Below are positions 59,123 through 64,000 of a stretch of DNA of 64,000 nt, in pieces; positions within the stretch are counted from its first letter, which is position 1; every line of letters starts with the position of its first letter. A program made the translations under genes and the position numbers. The DNA lies in contig CAWCKH010000004.1 in assembly GCA_963796055.1 (NCBI GenBank), positions 1,600,001 through 1,664,000 on the forward strand, written 5' to 3'. The notes under the pieces are model-generated. The model had not been told where the DNA came from. It searched no databases and was given only the letters and a program-made list of their open reading frames with translations. This DNA is from an uncultured delta proteobacterium. Its GTDB lineage: Bacteria > Myxococcota > Myxococcia > Myxococcales > Myxococcaceae.

Positions 59123-59503
59123 CTAGTGGCGCTCACCGGCCCCCGCGAGGCGGGCCACCTTGGACATGAACGAGGGGTCGAAGGGCTTCACGTCGTAGTC
59201 GTCCGCTCCGAGCTCCAGGCAGACATGCCGGGTGAACTGGTCCTCGATGGCCGAGAGAACCAGGACCTTGATGTCCCGGGTCCTGGGGTCGCGCTTCAGG
59301 GCCGCCAGGAGGTCTCGGCCGTCCACGTGCTGCTTGAGGTCCAGGATGATGACCGCCGGCTGGTGGCGGACCGCCAGTTCCAGGACCTGCTGCGACGTGG
59401 TGTCGGTGATGTAGGACAGGCCTGCGCGACGGGCTTCGCGGGCCAGGGCGGCCACGACGCCGGGCTCGTCGTCGGCGATCAGGATGGTGGGCTTCTCGGA
59501 CAT
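59123..59503 (-). CDS. Single-domain response regulator (receiver)
   Basis: ILIADDE, IILD, VLSA, GADDYDVKPF. The stop TAG lies in the IS target CTAG. Confidence 0.9.
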   Translation of the reverse strand: MSEKPTILIADDEPGVVAALAREARRAGLSYITDTTSQQVLELAVRHQPAVIILDLKQHVDGRDLLAALKRDPRTRDIKVLVLSAIEDQFTRHVCLELGADDYDVKPFDPSFMSKVARLAGAGERH

Positions 59504-59705
59504 TGGACTCTCGCGCAGAATGGATTGGCAAGAACCACACCGACCCGTCATCCCAACCTTCACGCGGGGTTGAGTGTGAGGCCCATGGGTCACCTCGCAT
59601 GTGGGGGTCCGTCCGCACGCGGTCGTTCCTGACCTCGCCGGCAGGTTGACCCCTGGGGTGTCCATCGGTTACGGAGGGCGTCCCTCGACAGAGGGGTGTC
59701 GGCCT

Positions 59706-61087
<1,382 letters not shown>

Positions 61088-61324
61088 CTACGCGCCCTCC
61101 GTCGTCTGCCGAGGGTTCCGAAGTGGGACCACCGTACCCCCTTGGGCCGGCGTCGTCGCAAACCGGCGGATGGCAGCCGGGTCGAAACGAAGCATCCCTC
61201 CGACGCGGAGGGACGGGAGCTCGCCGCATGCCGCCTTGGCGTAGACCCAGGACCGAGACGCTTTGAGCGCTCGTGCCACCTCGCGCCAGGTCCAGAGCTC
61301 CCATTCGTCGCTCGAGATTCGCAT
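61088..61324 (-). CDS. Excisionase-like HTH protein
   Basis: LWTWREVARALKASRSWVY...GELPSLRVGGMLRF. Its stop directly abuts the int ATG. Confidence 0.85.
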   Translation of the reverse strand: MRISSDEWELWTWREVARALKASRSWVYAKAACGELPSLRVGGMLRFDPAAIRRFATTPAQGGTVVPLRNPRQTTEGA

Positions 61325-61362
61325 CGGGGACCTCCAGCCCTCCCGAGAGGAGAGGCCTTGTC

Positions 61363-61695
61363 CTAGCGGCCTCGGCGGGCACTGCCAGCCGAGCTCTTGG
61401 TCGTCGAGCCAGGCTTGTCGCGGAGGGCCTCATAGCGGCGCAGCAGCAATTCCTGGACGTAGCCGAGGATGTTGAGCTTCTTGGTCTTCATCTCGGCCTC
61501 CAGCACGTCGACGACGTATTGCGGCAGCCGAAAGCAGGTTCGTAGCTGAACAAGGACCTCTCGGACTGCCTCGGCGCTGTACGAGACGCCCAGGGCCGGT
61601 TTCAGGACCTCCTGGACGAAGTAGAGGTCCTCGGACGGGACCTTGACGTTGAGCGGCTGGAGCGCCTCGTCCTTCGGGAGCGGCGTCTTGCCCAT
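61363..61695 (-). CDS. Small DNA-binding protein (possibly ribbon-helix-helix) of the integrative element
   Basis: MGKTPLPKDEALQPLNVKVPSEDL...SAEAVREVL...FRLPQYVVDVLEAE...YVQELL. Two strand-helix-helix-like units. Confidence 0.65.
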   Translation of the reverse strand: MGKTPLPKDEALQPLNVKVPSEDLYFVQEVLKPALGVSYSAEAVREVLVQLRTCFRLPQYVVDVLEAEMKTKKLNILGYVQELLLRRYEALRDKPGSTTKSSAGSARRGR

Positions 61696-61731
61696 ATTTT
61701 CAATAGAATCCAAATAGAACCCCGTTGTCAA
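61696..61731 (-). promoter_or_regulatory. Sigma70 promoter, probably leaderless, with direct repeats
   Basis: Minus strand: TTGACA (61731-26), 17 nt, TTCTAT (61708-03), 7 nt, ATG 61695. AATAGAA occurs twice, 11 bp apart. Confidence 0.6.
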
Positions 61732-61939
61732 ACACGGGCGGTCGTCGAGTGGTGAAGCGGGGAACGAGCCGTCTCCGGCTGGCATGTGGTCGTCCGCGAC
61801 GTTCCCGGCCTCCCCGTCGGCACGTGCTGCGCCGTGGCGGTCGTCTTTCGCTGCTCCACCGCCAGCCACAGCGCATGTTCGTCCTCTCGGAAAGCGGCCG
61901 TCCGCCGGGTGAGCTTCACCCATTCGCGTCAGGGGCGTG

Positions 61940-62140
61940 GTGGCCGAGCAAGCACCTCAAGCCCACGACCTTCCGGGCTGACGTCTACCCCTATTTGCGC
62001 TGCGGAGGCTCGCGGCTCGTCGTCGCAGTCGTCCTCTGGTCCTCGACGGCCCAGCCCATCGTCGGTGCACCTGCGCCTCCGTCCAGGCTCCTCCCTCCCG
62101 CCCCGGCCACCTTCGCTTCCGCAGCTCGGCTTCCCCGCCT
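61940..62140 (+). pseudogene. Degenerate C-terminus of an IS91-like (Y2) transposase
   Basis: TFRADVYPYLRCGGSRLVVAVV...PPAPA resembles the W..LL.RTF..DV..C..CGG.RR...AP tail of these proteins as I recall it. Confidence 0.5.
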
Positions 62141-62331
62141 CGGTGACCCCACTCCAGCGTCCGGAACGCGCCTTCCTGTGCCGCCTCCCGTTTACGACTT
62201 CACGCCACCCCCGGTAGACGTCATGTCAACCCCGTCACCATCATCCATCCAGATTCTCACCCGCTCGTTCGCCTTCGCTGCCGATCTCCTGCTCCCTCGC
62301 CCACCACGATCTGTTACCCATGTCTTGTCCC

Positions 62332-62401
62332 CACCCCCGAGTTTCCCGCTCACGCCCTCAATCATGTGGTTGTGAGGGCGTGAGCGGGAAACTCGGGGGT
62401 G
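62332..62401. repeat. Perfect 29-bp inverted repeat with 12-nt spacer
   Basis: CACCCCCGAGTTTCCCGCTCACGCCCTCA (62332-60), ATCATGTGGTTG, TGAGGGCGTGAGCGGGAAACTCGGGGGTG (62373-401). Confidence 0.95.
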
Positions 62402-62617
62402 CGCTTGCTGCCGCGCGCACAATGGGATGGGCGAGGGCGCAAGTGCTGAGAGTCCTGGAGAACGGAGCCTCGAATCGGCCCTGGTTCGCGCCCTGGAGAT
62501 AGCTCGGAAATACGCCCGATCCGGGAGCGCATTCTCGGGCGTGTTTGCGGGCGCATTGGAGGGCCATTTCGAGCCTCCAAGGGGGCATCCCCGCAATCGA
62601 TTGCGCGGCGCCGGCGC

Positions 62618-62869
62618 TCATGCGCCGCCCGCCAGGCCCTCTGGGGTGAGCCGGCGTTGGGGGTGGGAAGGAGGAGCGTCGTCGGTCAGGGCCGCCGGAG
62701 GCGGGGGAGCCGGGACGACGGAGGGGCGGAGTCGGGCATTGGGGGCGAAGACGCCGAAGTACCGGACGAGGTTGCCCCGGGGTGGGGGGACGAGAGCGGC
62801 GAGGCGGCGGAGAAAGGCGAGCGGGGAGGATGAGGTGCTGTGCCCCGGTGGGGGAGGGCCCGAGAGCAA
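62618..62869 (-). pseudogene. Internal fragment of an IS91/ISCR-like transposase
   Basis: PLAFLRRLAALVPPPRGNLVRYFGVFAPNARLR matches the second catalytic-Tyr (RY.G) region. No N-terminal part. Confidence 0.75.
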
Positions 62870-62937
62870 GGCGAATTCCTCGCCATCTTCAGATTGGCGA
62901 AGATGCCGCTCGGTGGTTGGCGTTGCCGCGACGGAGG

Positions 62938-64000
62938 TTGGGCCTGCGGCTTAGAGCTGGAGTGCGAGTCGGTCCCTACGAGGTGCTCACCGTCCTCGGA
63001 GCGGGGGGAATGGGCGAGGTGTATCGCGCCCGCGACACACGACTGGGTCGTGAGGTAGCCCTCAAGGTCATCTCCGATGGGGCTGCGCTCGACCCCGAGC
63101 GCCTTCAACGCTTCGAGCAGGAGGCCCGTCTCGCCGGCTCATTGAACCATCCCAACCTGGTCGTCGTGCACGACGTCGGCTCCGAAGGCGGCGCTCCTTT
63201 CCTGGTGACCGAGCTGCTGGAGGGAGAGTCACTGCGACATCGTCTCTCTCGGGGTCGGCTGCCGCTGCGCACGGCGCTGGAGCTCGGAGCGCAGATCGCC
63301 GAGGGCCTGGCGGCGGCTCACGCGCGCGGCGTCGTCCACCGGGACGTGAAACCGGAGAACGTCTTCCTCACCTCGGGTGGTCGAGCCAAGCTGCTCGACT
63401 TCGGCATCGCGAAGCTGACCGCGCCGAGGGGCATCGAGGGGACCAGGAACCTCCTCGACACCACGCTCACCCCAGAAGGCCTCGGGACCCGGCCCGGTGC
63501 TGTGCTCGGAACACCAGGGTTCATGTCCCCCGAGCAGGTACGCGGCGACCCCGTGGACGCCCGGACGGACATTTTCAGCCTTGGCACGGTGCTCTACGAG
63601 ATGCTGGCCGGCGCCCCCGCGTTCCCCGGCAAGAGCTTCATCGAGAGCGGGCACGCCATCCTGGAATCCGAGCCTCCTCCCCTTCCGGAGTCAGTTCCCC
63701 CCTCGGTCGATCTGCTGGTGCGGCGATGCCTGGAAAAGGAGCCAGCCCGCCGTTTTCAGTCCGCGGCCGACCTCGCCTTCGACCTCGGGGCGGCCACCGC
63801 CCCGACCTCCGTCAAGGCACGGCCGATTGTTCTCCGGACCTCGCGCTCTTTGGCCACTCGCCTCGCGGCGCTCGGCGCCGCGCTTGCCCTGGTGCTGGTG
63901 CTCGGGCTCGCGGCTGTCGGAGCACGCACGGTCTGGCTGCGGCGGGATGGTGCTGGCAGTCCGGCGCCGGCACTCGAGGTGGCCTCGGCCGGTGGGGCGC
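62938..64000 (+). CDS. Ser/Thr protein kinase with TM segment, 3'-truncated by the window end (not in the ORF track)
   Basis: VGPYEVLTVLGAGGMGEVYRARDTRLGREVALKV, RFEQEAR, HPN, HRDVKPEN, DFGIAK, GTPGFMSPEQ. Start approximate. Confidence 0.92.
   Translation, partial: MGLRLRAGVRVGPYEVLTVLGAGGMGEVYRARDTRLGREVALKVISDGAALDPERLQRFEQEARLAGSLNHPNLVVVHDVGSEGGAPFLVTELLEGESLRHRLSRGRLPLRTALELGAQIAEGLAAAHARGVVHRDVKPENVFLTSGGRAKLLDFGIAKLTAPRGIEGTRNLLDTTLTPEGLGTRPGAVLGTPGFMSPEQVRGDPVDARTDIFSLGTVLYEMLAGAPAFPGKSFIESGHAILESEPPPLPESVPPSVDLLVRRCLEKEPARRFQSAADLAFDLGAATAPTSVKARPIVLRTSRSLATRLAALGAALALVLVLGLAAVGARTVWLRRDGAGSPAPALEVASAGGA

Noticed and set aside
59572..59596. TGTGA...TCAC dyad upstream of the response regulator as a CRP/FNR-type site
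   Set aside because: The spacer is 10 nt rather than 6, so it is not supportable.

Overview
A very GC-rich bacterial chromosome segment whose gene content (Ser/Thr kinases, TPR proteins, many lipoproteins, Mx8-style integrase) points to Myxococcota; this taxonomy is inferred, not tested. Positions 1-57.5 kb hold about 55 densely packed housekeeping, envelope and stress genes. These include queC, queF, a D-Ala-D-Ala dipeptidase, cls, ada, pfkA, a heme A synthase, rtcB, ygfZ, a VKOR-DsbA fusion, SUI1, an isocitrate dehydrogenase, mscS, an ECF/NrsF pair, dusB, a GH1, rqcH/NFACT, pyk, two M28 peptidases and a GAF/HD-GYP protein. An intact IS1182-family element lies at 57525-59122 and tRNA-Pro(CGG) at 59706-59779. 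The tRNA is followed by the left end of an integrative element whose integrase ORF reads through the att site into the antisense of the tRNA, then IS91-like debris, a perfect 29-bp palindrome and a cargo kinase running off the window. The most interesting signal absent from the ORF track is a 26-aa Lys/Arg-rich micro-ORF (43073-43153) with its own promoter, SD and terminator, directly upstream of the ribosome-rescue gene rqcH. Other unannotated signals: a CTAG-flanked miniature relative of the IS1182 at 41458-41556, a 164-bp rod-like inverted-repeat element after rtcB, recurrent TANNNT hexamers 7-12 nt upstream of start codons, a frameshifted lipoprotein and a GMC-oxidoreductase remnant. No CRISPR array or rRNA was seen. 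All product calls come from motif recognition by eye, with no database search.
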